Below are positions 34,623-34,639 of a stretch of DNA of 34,639 nucleotides, in pieces. The stretch lies in NCBI RefSeq assembly GCF_001194135.2, contig NC_068981.1, positions 46,836,292 to 46,870,930 on the forward strand. The letters run 5' to 3'. The position numbers were made by a program, and so were the translations under genes. The notes under the pieces are model-generated. The model was given only the letters and a program-made list of their open reading frames with translations, was not told the DNA's origin and made no database searches. This DNA comes from Octopus bimaculoides. Lineage: Eukaryota. Within the stretch, counting starts at the first letter, position 1. Each line of letters opens with the position of its first letter.

Positions 34623-34639
34623 TATATATATATATATAT

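Overview
This window is repeat-dominated, AT-rich eukaryotic genomic DNA from a gappy draft assembly, with 13 N-gaps that are mostly flanked by simple repeats. The SINE families and the very high microsatellite load point to a cephalopod, most likely Octopus (inferred from recalled repeat families, not searched). I find no intact host gene, RNA gene or CRISPR array, and most listed ORFs are microsatellite or N-gap artefacts. The coding signal that is real comes from decayed transposons: three R4/Dong-like RLE-endonuclease LINEs, one Hero-like RLE LINE, two RTE LINEs, three CR1/L2-group LINE fragments, a Ty3/Gypsy remnant with a recognisable 193-bp 3' LTR and PPT, and a Merlin (ISXO2-like) transposase fragment. 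There are also about a dozen tRNA-derived SINE copies from at least four families, three with target-site duplications. The most notable structures are a ~533-bp near-perfect palindrome (7461-7993), RLE-LINEs sitting repeatedly at specific trinucleotide microsatellites, and two SINE families that share a 3' module. I see no convincing evidence of a new biological system beyond transposon biology.
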